A stretch of DNA of 64,000 nt, from assembly GCA_964057225.1 (NCBI GenBank), contig CAXKVF010000084.1, positions 62,001 to 126,000 on the forward strand, in the 5' to 3' direction. This stretch comes from Auanema rhodensis. Its lineage: Eukaryota > Animalia > Nematoda. Position numbers and translations under genes: made by a program. A model generated the notes under the pieces. It was not told the DNA's origin and did no database searches. It saw only the letters and a program-made list of their open reading frames with translations. This document shows, piece after piece, positions 24,993 to 39,600 of this stretch (position 1 is the first letter of the stretch; each line of letters begins with the position of its first letter).

Positions 24993-27900
24993 CATAAATT
25001 AAAGTTCACGTAAATTTCAAAGTCATGGTTACCATGAAGCAATATCAATAAAAATTTGTTTTTAGACTAATATGGACATGGGGAATCTAATTTTGAAAAC
25101 CGCATCTCTTTATCTTTCACGTGAAGCGAGTTACATACCAAGTGCACATCACGTGTACATTTAATTAGCATAAATTAAAGTTCACGTAAATTTCAAAGTC
25201 ATGGTTACCATGAACCAATATCAATAAAAATTTGTTTTTAGACTAATATGGACATGGGGAATCTAATTTTGAAAACCGCATCTCTTTATCTTTCACGTGA
25301 AGCGAGTTACATACCAAGTGCACATCACGTGTACATTTAATTAGCATAAATTAAAGTTCACGTAAATTTCAAAGTCATGGTTACCATAAAGCAATATCAA
25401 TAAAAATTTGTTTTTAGACTAATATGGACATGGGGAATCTAATTTTGAAAACCGCATCTCTTTATCTTTCACGTGAAGCGAGTTACATACCAAGTGCACA
25501 TCACGTGTACATTTAATTAGCATAAATTAAAGTTCACGTAAATTTCAAAGTCATGGTTACCATGCACCAATATCAATAAAAATTTGTTTTTAGACTAATA
25601 TGGACATGGGGGATCTAATTTTGAAAACCGCATCTCTTTATCTTTCACGTGAAGCGAGTTACATACCAAGTGCACATCACGTGTAGATTTAATTAGCATA
25701 AATTAAAGTTCACGTAAATTTCAAAGTCATGGTTACCATGAACCAATATCAATAAAAATTTGTTTTTAGACTAATATGGACATGGGTAATCTAATTTTGA
25801 AAACCGCATCTCTTTATCTTTCACGTGAAGCGAGTTACATACCAAGTGCACATCACGTGTACATTTAATTAGCATAAATTAAAGTTCACGTAAATTTCAA
25901 AGTCATGGTTACCATGAAGCAATATCAATAAAAATTTGTTTTTAGACTAATATGGACATGGGGAATCTAATTTTGAAAACCGCATCTCTTTATCTTTCAC
26001 GTGAAGCGAGTTACATACCAAGTGCACATCACGTGTACATTTAATTAGCATAAATTAAAGTTCACGTAAATTTCAAAGTCATGGTTACCATGAACCAATA
26101 TCAATAAAAATTTGTTTTTAGACTAATATGGACATGGGGAATCTAATTTTGAAAACCGCATCTCTTTATCTTTCACGTGAAGCGAGTTACATACCAAGTG
26201 CACATCACGTGTACATTTAATTAGCATAAATTAAAGTTCACGTAAATTTCAAAGTCATGGTTACCATAAAGCAATATCAATAAAAATTTGTTTTTAGACT
26301 AATATGGACATGGGTAATCTAATTTTGAAAACCGCATCTCTTTATCTTTCACGTGAAGCGAGTTACATACCAAGTGCACATCACGTGTACATTTAATTAG
26401 CATAAATTAAAGTTCACGTAAATTTCAAAGTCATGGTTACCATGCACCAATATCAATAAAAATTAGTTTTAAGACTAATATGGACATGGGGGATCTAATT
26501 TTGAAAACCGCATCTCTTTATCTTTCACGTGAAGCGAGTTACATACCAAGTGCACATCACGTGTACATTTAATTAGCATAAATTAAAGTTCACGTAAATT
26601 TCAAAGTCATGGTTACCATGAACCAATATCAATAAAAATTTGTTTTTAGACTAATATGGACATGGGGAATCTAATTTTGAAAACCGCATCTCTTTATCTT
26701 TCACGTGAAGCGAGTTACATACCAAGTGCACATCACGTGTACATTTAATTAGCATAAATTAAAGTTCACGTAAATTTCAAAGTCATGGTTACCATGAAGC
26801 AATATCAATAAAAATTTGTTTTTAGACTAATATGGACATGGGGAATCTAATTTTGAAAACCGCATCTCTTTATCTTTCACGTGAAGCGAGTTACATACCA
26901 AGTGCACATCACGTGTACATTTAATTAGCATAAATTAAAGTTCACGTAAATTTCAAAGTCATGGTTACCATGAACCAATATCAATAAAAATTTGTTTTTA
27001 GACTAATATGGACATGGGGAATCTAATTTTGAAAACCGCATCTCTTTATCTTTCACGTGAAGCGAGTTACATACCAAGTGCACATCACGTGTACATTTAA
27101 TTAGCATAAATTAAAGTTCACGTAAATTTCAAAGTCATGGTTACCATAAAGCAATATCAATAAAAATTTGTTTTTAGACTAATATGGACATGGGGAATCT
27201 AATTTTGAAAACCGCATCTCTTTATCTTTCACGTGAAGCGAGTTACATACCAAGTGCACATCACGTGTACATTTAATTAGCATAAATTAAAGTTCACGTA
27301 AATTTCAAAGTCATGGTTACCATGCACCAATATCAATAAAAATTTGTTTTTAGACTAATATGGACATGGGGGATCTAATTTTGAAAACCGCATCTCTTTA
27401 TCTTTCACGTGAAGCGAGTTACATACCAAGTGCACATCACGTGTAGATTTAATTAGCATAAATTAAAGTTCACGTAAATTTCAAAGTCATGGTTACCATG
27501 AACCAATATCAATAAAAATTTGTTTTTAGACTAATATGGACATGGGTAATCTAATTTTGAAAACCGCATCTCTTTATCTTTCACGTGAAGCGAGTTACAT
27601 ACCAAGTGCACATCACGTGTACATTTAATTAGCATAAATCAAAGTTCACGTAAATTTCAAAGTCATGGTTACCATGCACCAATATCAATAAAAATTTGTT
27701 TTTAGACTAATATGGACATGGGGGATCTAATTTTGAAAACCGCATCTCTTTATCTTTCACGTGAAGCGAGTTACATACCAAGTGCACATCACGTGTACAT
27801 TTAATTAGCATAAATTAAAGTTCACGTAAATTTCAAAGTCATGGTTACCATGCACCAATATCAATAAAAATTAGTTTTAAGACTAATATGGACATGGGGG

Positions 27901-30900
27901 ATCTAATTTTGAAAACCGCATCTCTTTATCTTTCACGTGAAGCGAGTTACATACCAAGTGCACATCACGTGTACATTTAATTAGCATAAATTAAAGTTCA
28001 CGTAAATTTCAAAGTCATGGTTACCATGAACCAATATCAATAAAAATTTGTTTTTAGACTAATATGGACATGGGTAATCTAATTTTGAAAACCGCATCTC
28101 TTTAACTTTCACGTGAAGCGAGTTACATACCAAGTGCACATCACGTGTACATTTAATTAGCATAAATTAAAGTTCACGTAAATTTCAAAGTCATGGTTAC
28201 CATGCACCAATATCAATAAAAATTTGTTTTTAGACTAATATGGACATGGGGAATCTAATTTTGAAAACCGCATCTCTTTATCTTTCACGTGAAGCGAGTT
28301 ACATACCAAGTGCACATCACGTGTACATTTAATTAGCATAAATTAAAGTTCACGTAAATTTCAAAGTCATGGTTACCATGCACCAATATCAATAAAAATT
28401 AGTTTTAAGACTAATATGGACATGGGGGATCTAATTTTGAAAACCGCATCTCTTTATCTTTCACGTGAAGCGAGTTACATACCAAGTGCACATCACGTGT
28501 ACATTTAATTAGCATAAATTAAAGTTCACGTAAATTTCAAAGTCATGGTTACCATGAACCAATATCAATAAAAATTTGTTTTTAGACTAATATGGACATG
28601 GGGAATCTAATTTTGAAAACCGCATCTCTTTATCTTTCACGTGAAGCGAGTTACATACCAAGTGCACATCACGTGTACATTTAATTAGCATAAATTAAAG
28701 TTCACGTAAATTTCAAAGTCATGGTTACCATGAAGCAATATCAATAAAAATTTGTTTTTAGACTAATATGGACATGGGGAATCTAATTTTGAAAACCGCA
28801 TCTCTTTATCTTTCACGTGAAGCGAGTTACATACCAAGTGCACATCACGTGTACATTTAATTAGCATAAATTAAAGTTCACGTAAATTTCAAAGTCATGG
28901 TTACCATGAACCAATATCAATAAAAATTTGTTTTTAGACTAATATGGACATGGGTAATCTAATTTTGAAAACCGCATCTCTTTATCTTTCACGTGAAGCG
29001 AGTTACATACCAAGTGCACATCACGTGTACATTTAATTAGCATAAATTAAAGTTCACGTAAATTTCAAAGTCATGGTTACCATGCACCAATATCAATAAA
29101 AATTTGTTTTTAGACTAATATGGACATGGGGAATCTAATTTTGAAAACCGCATCTCTTTATCTTTCACGTGAAGCGAGTTACATACCAAGTGCACATCAC
29201 GTGTACATTTAATTAGCATAAATTAAAGTTCACGTAAATTTCAAAGTCATGGTTACCATGAAGCAATATCAATAAAAATTTGTTTTTAGACTAATATGGA
29301 CATGGGGAATCTAATTTTGAAAACCGCATCTCTTTATCTTTCACGTGAAGCGAGTTACATACCAAGTGCACATCACGTGTACATTTAATTAGCATAAATT
29401 AAAGTTCACGTAAATTTCAAAGTCATGGTTACCATAAAGCAATATCAATAAAAATTTGTTTTTAGACTAATATGGACATGGGGAATCTAATTTTGAAAAC
29501 CGCATCTCTTTATCTTTCACGTGAAGCGAGTTACATACCAAGTGCACATCACGTGTACATTTAATTAGCATAAATTAAAGTTCACGTAAATTTCAAAGTC
29601 ATGGTTACCATGCACCAATATCAATAAAAATTTGTTTTTAGACTAATATGGACATGGGGGATCTAATTTTGAAAACCGCATCTCTTTATCTTTCACGTGA
29701 AGCGAGTTACATACCAAGTGCACATCACGTGTAGATTTAATTAGCATAAATTAAAGTTCACGTAAATTTCAAAGTCATGGTTACCATGAACCAATATCAA
29801 TAAAAATTTGTTTTTAGACTAATATGGACATGGGTAATCTAATTTTGAAAACCGCATCTCTTTATCTTTCACGTGAAGCGAGTTACATACCAAGTGCACA
29901 TCACGTGTACATTTAATTAGCATAAATTAAAGTTCACGTAAATTTCAAAGTCATGGTTACCATGAACCAATATCAATAAAAATTTGTTTTTAGACTAATA
30001 TGGACATGGGGAATCTAATTTTGAAAACCGCATCTCTTTATCTTTCACGTGAAGCGAGTTACATACCAAGTGCACATCACGTGTACATTTAATTAGCATA
30101 AATTAAAGTTCACGTAAATTTCAAAGTCATGGTTACCATAAAGCAATATCAATAAAAATTTGTTTTTAGACTAATATGGACATGGGGAATCTAATTTTGA
30201 AAACCGCATCTCTTTATCTTTCACGTGAAGCGAGTTACATACCAAGTGCACATCACGTGTACATTTAATTAGCATAAATTAAAGTTCACGTAAATTTCAA
30301 AGTCATGGTTACCATGCACCAATATCAACAAAAATTTGTTTTTAGACTTATATGGACATGGGGGATCTAATTTTGAAAACCGCATCTCTTTATCTTTCAC
30401 GTGAAGCGAGTTACATACCAAGTGCACATCACGTGTAGATTTAATTAGCATAAATTAAAGTTCACGTAAATTTCAAAGTCATGGTTACCATGAACCAATA
30501 TCAATAAAAATTTGTTTTTAGACTAATATGGACATGGGTAATCTAATTTTGAAAACCGCATCTCTTTATCTTTCACGTGAAGCGAGTTACATACCAAGTG
30601 CACAACACGTGTACATTTAATTAGCATAAATCAAAGTTCACGTAAATTTCAAAGTCATGGTTACCATGCACCAATATCAATAAAAATTTGTTTTTAGACT
30701 AATATGGACATGGGGGATCTAATTTTGAAAACCGCATCTCTTTATCTTTCACGTGAAGCGAGTTACATACCAAGTGCACATCACGTGTACATTTAATTAG
30801 CATAAATTAAAGTTCACGTAAATTTCAAAGTCATGGTTACCATGAACCAATATCAATAAAAATTTGTTTTTAGACTAATATGGACATGGGTAATCTAATT

Positions 30901-33900
30901 TTGAAAACCGCATCTCTTTATCTTTCACGTGAAGCGAGTTACATACCAAGTGCACATCACGTGTACATTTAATTAGCATAAATTAAAGTTCACGTAAATT
31001 TCAAAGTCATGGTTACCATGCACCAATATCAATAAAAATTTGTTTTTAGACTAATATGGACATGGGGGATCTAATTTTGAAAACCGCATCTCTTTATCTT
31101 TCACGTGAAGCGAGTTACATACCAAGTGCACATCACGTGTACATTTAATTAGCATAAATTAAAGTTCACGTAAATTTCAAAGTCATGGTTACCATGAACC
31201 AATATCAATAAAAATTTGTTTTTAGACTAATATGGACATGGGGGATCTAATTTTGAAAACCGCATCTCTTTATCTTTCACGTGAAGCGAGTTACATACCA
31301 AGTGCACATCACGTGTACATTTAATTAGCATAAATTAAAGTTCACGTAAATTTCAAAGTCATGGTTACCATGCACCAATATCAATAAAAATTTGTTTTTA
31401 GACTAATATGGACATGGGGAATCTAATTTTGAAAACCGCATCTCTTTATCTTTCACGTGAAGCGAGTTACATACCAAGTGCACATCACGTGTACATTTAA
31501 TTAGCATAAATTAAAGTTCACGTAAATTTCAAAGTCATGGTTACCATGCACCAATATCAATAAAAATTAGTTTTAAGACTAATATGGACATGGGGGATCT
31601 AATTTTGAAAACCGCATCTCTTTATCTTTCACGTGAAGCGAGTTACATACCAAGTGCACATCACGTGTACATTTAATTAGCATAAATTAAAGTTCACGTA
31701 AATTTCAAAGTCATGGTTACCATGAACCAATATCAATAAAAATTTGTTTTTAGACTAATATGGACATGGGTAATCTAATTTTGAAAACCGCATCTCTTTA
31801 ACTTTCACGTGAAGCGAGTTACATACCAAGTGCACATCACGTGTACATTTAATTAGCATAAATTAAAGTTCACGTAAATTTCAAAGTCATGGTTACCATG
31901 CACCAATATCAATAAAAATTTGTTTTTAGACTAATATGGACATGGGGAATCTAATTTTGAAAACCGCATCTCTTTATCTTTCACGTGAAGCGAGTTACAT
32001 ACCAAGTGCACATCACGTGTACATTTAATTAGCATAAATTAAAGTTCACGTAAATTTCAAAGTCATGGTTACCATGCACCAATATCAATAAAAATTTGTT
32101 TTTAGACTAATATGGACATGGGGAATCTAATTTTGAAAACCGCATCTCTTTATCTTTCACGTGAAGCGAGTTACATACCAAGTGCACATCACGTGTACAT
32201 TTAATTAGCATAAATTAAAGTTCACGTAAATTTCAAAGTCATGGTTACCATGCACCAATATCAATAAAAATTTGTTTTTAGACTAATATGGACATGGGGA
32301 ATCTAATTTTGAAAACCGCATCTCTTTATCTTTCACGTGAAGCGAGTTACATACCAAGTGCACATCACGTGTACATTTAATTAGCATAAATTAAAGTTCA
32401 CGTAAATTTCAAAGTCATGGTTACCATGCACCAATATCAATAAAAATTTGTTTTTAGACTAATATGGACATGGGGAATCTAATTTTGAAAACCGCATCTC
32501 TTTATCTTTCACGTGTAGCGAGTTACATACCAAGTGCACATCACGTGTACATTTAATTAGCATAAATTAAAGTTCACGTAAATTTCAAAGTCATGGTTAC
32601 CATGCACCAATATCAATAAAAATTTGTTTTTAGACTAATATGGACATGGGGAATCTAATTTTGAAAACCGCATCTCTTTATCTTTCACGTGAAGCGAGTT
32701 ACATACCAAGTGCACATCACGTGTACATTTAATTAGCATAAATTAAAGTTCACGTAAATTTCAAAGTCATGGTTACCATGCACCAATATCAATAAAAATT
32801 TGTTTTTAGACTAATATGGACATGGGTAATCTAATTTTGAAAACCGCATCTCTTTATCTTTCACGTGAAGCGAGTTACATACCAAGTGCACATCACGTGT
32901 ACATTTAATTAGCATAAATTAAAGTTCACGTAAATTTCAAAGTCATGGTTACCATGCACCAATATCAATAAAAATTTGTTTTTAGACTAATATGGACATG
33001 GGGAATCTAATTTTGAAAACCGCATCTCTTTATCTTTCACGTGAAGCGAGTTACATACCAAGTGCACATCACGTGTACATTTAATTAGCATAAATTAAAG
33101 TTCACGTAAATTTCAAAGTCATGGTTACCATGAACCAATATCAATAAAAATTTGTTTTTAGACTAATATGGACATGGGGAATCTAATTTTGGAAACCGCA
33201 TCTCTTTATCTTTCACGTGAAGCGAGTTACATACCAAGTGCACATCACGTGTACATTTAATTAGCATAAATTAAAGTTCACGTAAATTTCAAAGTCATGG
33301 TTACCATGAACCAATATCAATAAAAATTTGTTTTTAGACTAATATGGACATGGGGAATCTAATTTTGAAAACCGCATCTCTTTATCTTTCACGTGAAGCG
33401 AGTTACATATCAAGTGCACATCACGTGTACATTTAATTAGCATAAATTAAAGTTCACGTAAATTTCAAAGTCATGGTTACCATGCACCAATATCAATAAA
33501 AATTTGTTTTTAGACTAATATGGACATGGGGAATCTAATTTTGAAAACTGCATCTCTTTATCTTTCACGTGAAGCGAGTTACATACCAAGTGCACATCAC
33601 GTGTACATTTAATTAGCATAAATTAAAGTTCACGTAAATTTCAAAGTCATGGTTACCATGCACCAATATCAATAAAAATTTGTTTTTAGACTAATATGGA
33701 CATGGGGAATCTAATTTTGAAAACCGCATCTCTTTATCTTTCACGTGAAGCGAGTTACATACCAAGTGCACATCACGTGTACATTTAATTAGCATAAATT
33801 AAAGTTCACGTAAATTTCAAAGTCATGGTTACCATGAACCAATATCAATAAAAATTTGTTTTTAGACTAATATGGACATGGGGAATCTAATTTTGAAAAC

Positions 33901-34144
33901 CGCATCTCTTTATCTTTCACGTGAAGCGAGTTACATACCAAGTGCACATCACGTGTACATTTAATTAGCATAAATTAAAGTTCACGTAAATTTCAAAGTC
34001 ATGGTTACCATGCACCAATATCAATAAAAATTTGTTTTTAGACTAATATGGACATGGGGAATCTAATTTTGAAAACCGCATCTCTTTATCTTTCACGTGA
34101 AGCGAGTTACATACCAAGTGCACATCACGTGTACATTTAATTAG

Positions 34145-37100
34145 CATAAATTAAAGTTCACGTAAATTTCAAAGTCATGGTTACCATGAAGCAATATCAA
34201 TAAAAATTTGTTTTTAGACTAATATGGACATGGGGAATCTAATTTTGAAAACCGCATCTCTTTATCTTTCACGTGAAGCGAGTTACATACCAAGTGCACA
34301 TCACGTGTACATTTAATTAGCATAAATTAAAGTTCACGTAAATTTCAAAGTCATGGTTACCATGAAGCAATATCAATAAAAATTTGTTTTTAGACTAATA
34401 TGGACATGGGGAATCTAATTTTGAAAACCGCATCTCTTTATCTTTCACGTAAAGCGAGTTACATACCAAGTGCACATCACGTGTACATTTAATTAGCATA
34501 AATTAAAGTTCACGTAAATTTCAAAGTCATGGTTACCATGCACCAATATCAATAAAAATTTGTTTTTAGACTAATATGGACATGGGGAATCTAATTTTGA
34601 AAACCGCATCTCTTTATCTTTCACGTGAAGCGAGTTACATACCAAGTGCACATCACGTGTACATTTAATTAGCATAAATTAAAGTTCACGTAAATTTCAA
34701 AGTCATGGTTACCATGCACCAATATCAATAAAAATTTGTTTTTAGACTAATATGGACATGGGGAATCTAATTTTGAAAACCGCATCTCTTTATCTTTCAC
34801 GTGAAGCGAGTTACATACCAAGTGCACATCACGTGTACATTTAATTAGCATAAATTAAAGTTCACGTAAATTTCAAAGTCATGGTTACCATGAAGCAATA
34901 TCAATAAAAATTTGTTTTTAGACTAATATGGACATGGGGAATCTAATTTTGAAAACCGCATCTCTTTATCTTTCACGTGAAGCGAGTTACATACCAAGTG
35001 CACATCACGTGTACATTTAATTAGCATAAATTAAAGTTCACGTAAATTTCAAAGTCATGGTTACCATGAAGCAATATCAATAAAAATTTCTTTTTAGACT
35101 AATATGGACATGGGGAATCTAATTTTGAAAACCGCATCTCTTTATCTTTCACGTAAAGCGAGTTACATACCAAGTGCACATCACGTGTACATTTAATTAG
35201 CATAAATTAAAGTTCACGTAAATTTCAAAGTCATGGTTACCATGCACCAATATCAATAAAAATTTGTTTTTAGACTAATATGGACATGGGGAATCTAATT
35301 TTGAAAACCGCATCTCTTTATCTTTCACGTGAAGCGAGTTACATACCAAGTGCACATCACGTGTACATTTAATTAGCATAAATTAAAGTTCACGTAAATT
35401 TCAAAGTCATGGTTACCATGCACCAATATCAATAAAAATTTGTTTTTAGACTAATATGGACATGGGGAATCTAATTTTGAAAACCGCATCTCTTTATCTT
35501 TCACGTGAAGCGAGTTACATACCAAGTGCACATCACGTGTACATTTAATTAGCATAAATTAAAGTTCACGTAAATTTCAAAGTCATGGTTACCATGCACC
35601 AATATCAATAAAAATTTGTTTTTAGACTAATATGGACATGGGGAATCTAATTTTGAAAACCGCATCTCTTTATCTTTCACGTGAAGCGAGTTACATACCA
35701 AGTGCACATCACGTGTACATTTAATTAGCATAAATTAAAGTTCACGTAAATTTCAAAGTCATGGTTACCATGAAGCAATATCAATAAAAATTTGTTTTTA
35801 GGCTAATATGGACATGGGGAATCTAATTTTGAAAACCGCATCTCTTTATCTTTCACGTGAAGCGAGTTACATACCAAGTGCACATCACGTGTACATTTAA
35901 TTAGCATAAATTAAAGTTCACGTAAATTTCAAAGTCATGGTTACCATGAAGCAATATCAATAAAAATTTGTTTTTAGACTAATATGGACATGGGGAATCT
36001 AATTTTGAAAACCGCATCTCTTTATCTTTCACGTAAAGCGAGTTACATACCAAGTGCACATCACGTGTACATTTAATTAGCATAAATTAAAGTTCACGTA
36101 AATTTCAAAGTCATGGTTACCATGCACCAATATCAATAAAAATTTGTTTTTAGACTAATATGGACATGGGGAATCTAATTTTGAAAACCGCATCTCTTTA
36201 TCTTTCACGTGAAGCGAGTTACATACCAAGTGCACATCACGTGTACATTTAATTAGCATAAATTAAAGTTCACGTAAATTTCAAAGTCATGGTTACCATG
36301 CACCAATATCAATAAAAATTTGTTTTTAGACTAATATGGACATGGGGAATCTAATTTTGAAAACCGCATCTCTTTATCTTTCACGTGAAGCGAGTTACAT
36401 ACCAAGTGCACATCACGTGTACATTTAATTAGCATAAATTAAAGTTCACGTAAATTTCAAAGTCATGGTTACCATGAAGCAATATCAATAAAAATTTGTT
36501 TTTAGGCTAATATGGACATGGGGAATCTAATTTTGAAAACCGCATCTCTTTATCTTTCACGTGAAGCGAGTTACATACCAAGTGCACATCACGTGTACAT
36601 TTAATTAGCATAAATTAAAGTTCACGTAAATTTCAAAGTCATGGTTACCATGAAGCAATATCAATAAAAATTTGTTTTTAGACTAATATGGACATGGGGA
36701 ATCTAATTTTGAAAACCGCATCTCTTTATCTTTCACGTAAAGCGAGTTACATACCAAGTGCACATCACGTGTACATTTAATTAGCATAAATTAAAGTTCA
36801 CGTAAATTTCAAAGTCATGGTTACCATGCACCAATATCAATAAAAATTTGTTTTTAGACTAATATGGACATGGGGAATCTAATTTTGAAAACCGCATCTC
36901 TTTATCTTTCACGTGAAGCGAGTTACATACCAAGTGCACATCACGTGTACATTTAATTAGCATAAATTAAAGTTCACGTAAATTTCAAAGTCATGGTTAC
37001 CATGCACCAATATCAATAAAAATTTGTTTTTAGACTAATATGGACATGGGGAATCTAATTTTGAAAACCGCATCTCTTTATCTTTCACGTGAAGCGAGTT

Positions 37101-39600
37101 ACATACCAAGTGCACATCACGTGTACATTTAATTAGCATAAATTAAAGTTCACGTAAATTTCAAAGTCATGGTTACCATGAACCAATATCAATAAAAATT
37201 TGTTTTTAGACTAATATGGACATGGGGAATCTAATTTTGAAAACCGCATCTCTTTATCTTTCACGTGAAGCGAGTTACATACCAAGTGCACATCACGTGT
37301 ACATTTAATTAGCATAAATTAAAGTTCACGTAAAATTCAAAGTCATGGTTACCATGCACCAATATCAATAAAAATTCGTTTTTAGACTAATATGGACATG
37401 GGGAATCTAATTTTGAAAACCGCATCTCTTTATCTTTCACGTGAAGCGAGTTACATACCAAGTGCACATCACGTGTACATTTAATTAGCATAAATTAAAG
37501 TTCACGTAAATTTCAAAGTCATGGTTACCATGCACCAATATCAATAAAAATTTGTTTTTAGACTAATATGGACATGGGAAATCTAATTTTGAAAACCGCA
37601 TCTCTTTATCTTTCACGTGAAGCGAGTTACATACCAAGTGCACATCACGTGTACATTTAATTAGCATAAATTAAAGTTCACGTAAATTTCAAAGTCATGG
37701 TTACCATGAACCAATATCAATAAAAATTTGTTTTTAGACTAATATGGACATGGGGAATCTAATTTTGAAAACCGCATCTCTTTATCTTTCACGTGAAGCG
37801 AGTTACATACCAAGTGCACATCACGTGTACATTTAATTAGCATAAATTAAAGTTCACGTAAATTTCAAAGTCATGGTTACCATGAACCAATATCAATAAA
37901 AATTTGTTTTTAGACTAATATGGACATGGGGAATCTAATTTTGAAAACCGCATCTCTTTATCTTTCACGTGAAGCGAGTTACATACCAAGTGCACATCAC
38001 GTGTACATTTAATTAGCATAAATTAAAGTTCACGTAAATTTCAAAGTCATGGTTACCATGAAGCAATATCAATAAAAATTTGTTTTTAGGCTAATATGGA
38101 CATGGGGAATCTAATTTTGAAAACCGCATCTCTTTATCTTTCACGTGAAGCGAGTTACATACCAAGTGCACATCACGTGTACATTTAATTAGCATAAATT
38201 AAAGTTCACGTAAATTTCAAAGTCATGGTTACCATGAAGCAATATCAATAAAAATTTGTTTTTAGACTAATATGGACATGGGGAATCTAATTTTGAAAAC
38301 CGCATCTCTTTATCTTTCACGTAAAGCGAGTTACATACCAAGTGCACATCACGTGTACATTTAATTAGCATAAATTAAAGTTCACGTAAATTTCAAAGTC
38401 ATGGTTACCATGCACCAATATCAATAAAAATTTGTTTTTAGACTAATATGGACATGGGGAATCTAATTTTGAAAACCGCATCTCTTTATCTTTCACGTGA
38501 AGCGAGTTACATACCAAGTGCACATCACGTGTACATTTAATTAGCATAAATTAAAGTTCACGTAAATTTCAAAGTCATGGTTACCATGCACCAATATCAA
38601 TAAAAATTTGTTTTTAGACTAATATGGACATGGGGAATCTAATTTTGAAAACCGCATCTCTTTATCTTTCACGTGAAGCGAGTTACATACCAAGTGCACA
38701 TCACGTGTACATTTAATTAGCATAAATTAAAGTTCACGTAAATTTCAAAGTCATGGTTACCATGAACCAATATCAATAAAAATTTGTTTTTAGACTAATA
38801 TGGACATGGGGAATCTAATTTTGAAAACCGCATCTCTTTATCTTTCACGTGAAGCGAGTTACATACCAAGTGCACATCACGTGTACATTTAATTAGCATA
38901 AATTAAAGTTCACGTAAAATTCAAAGTCATGGTTACCATGCACCAATATCAATAAAAATTCGTTTTTAGACTAATATGGACATGGGGAATCTAATTTTGA
39001 AAACCGCATCTCTTTATCTTTCACGTGAAGCGAGTTACATACCAAGTGCACATCACGTGTACATTTAATTAGCATAAATTAAAGTTCACGTAAATTTCAA
39101 AGTCATGGTTACCATGCACCAATATCAATAAAAATTTGTTTTTAGACTAATATGGACATGGGGAATCTAATTTTGAAAACCGCATCTCTTTATCTTTCAC
39201 GTGAAGCGAGTTACATACCAAGTGCACATCACGTGTACATTTAATTAGCATAAATTAAAGTTCACGTAAATTTCAAAGTCATGGTTACCATGAACCAATA
39301 TCAATAAAAATTTGTTTTTAGACTAATATGGACATGGGGAATCTAATTTTGAAAACCGCATCTCTTTATCTTTCACGTGAAGCGAGTTACATACCAAGTG
39401 CACATCACGTGTACATTTAATTAGCATAAATTAAAGTTCACGTAAATTTCAAAGTCATGGTTACCATGAACCAATATCAATAAAAATTTGTTTTTAGACT
39501 AATATGGACATGGGGAATCTAATTTTGAAAACCGCATCTCTTTATCTTTCACGTGAAGCGAGTTACATACCAAGTGCACATCACGTGTACATTTAATTAG
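34145..39600 (+). repeat. 4-mer (AAG, AAG*, CAC, CAC) repeats and a 9-monomer (1584 bp) tandem duplication, 36433-38016 / 38017-39600
   Basis: The CACGTAAAGCG marker is in monomers at 34321, 35025, 35905, 36609 and 38193; TAGGCTA is at 35729, 36433 and 38017. Confidence 0.85.

Noticed and set aside
30269-30451. 60-aa minus-strand ORF (MLIKSTRDVH...)
   Set aside because: It exists only because a private A>T at 30349 turns the minus-strand TAG found in the other monomers into AAG. It spans one satellite monomer, 176 is not a multiple of 3, and I recognise no protein motif.
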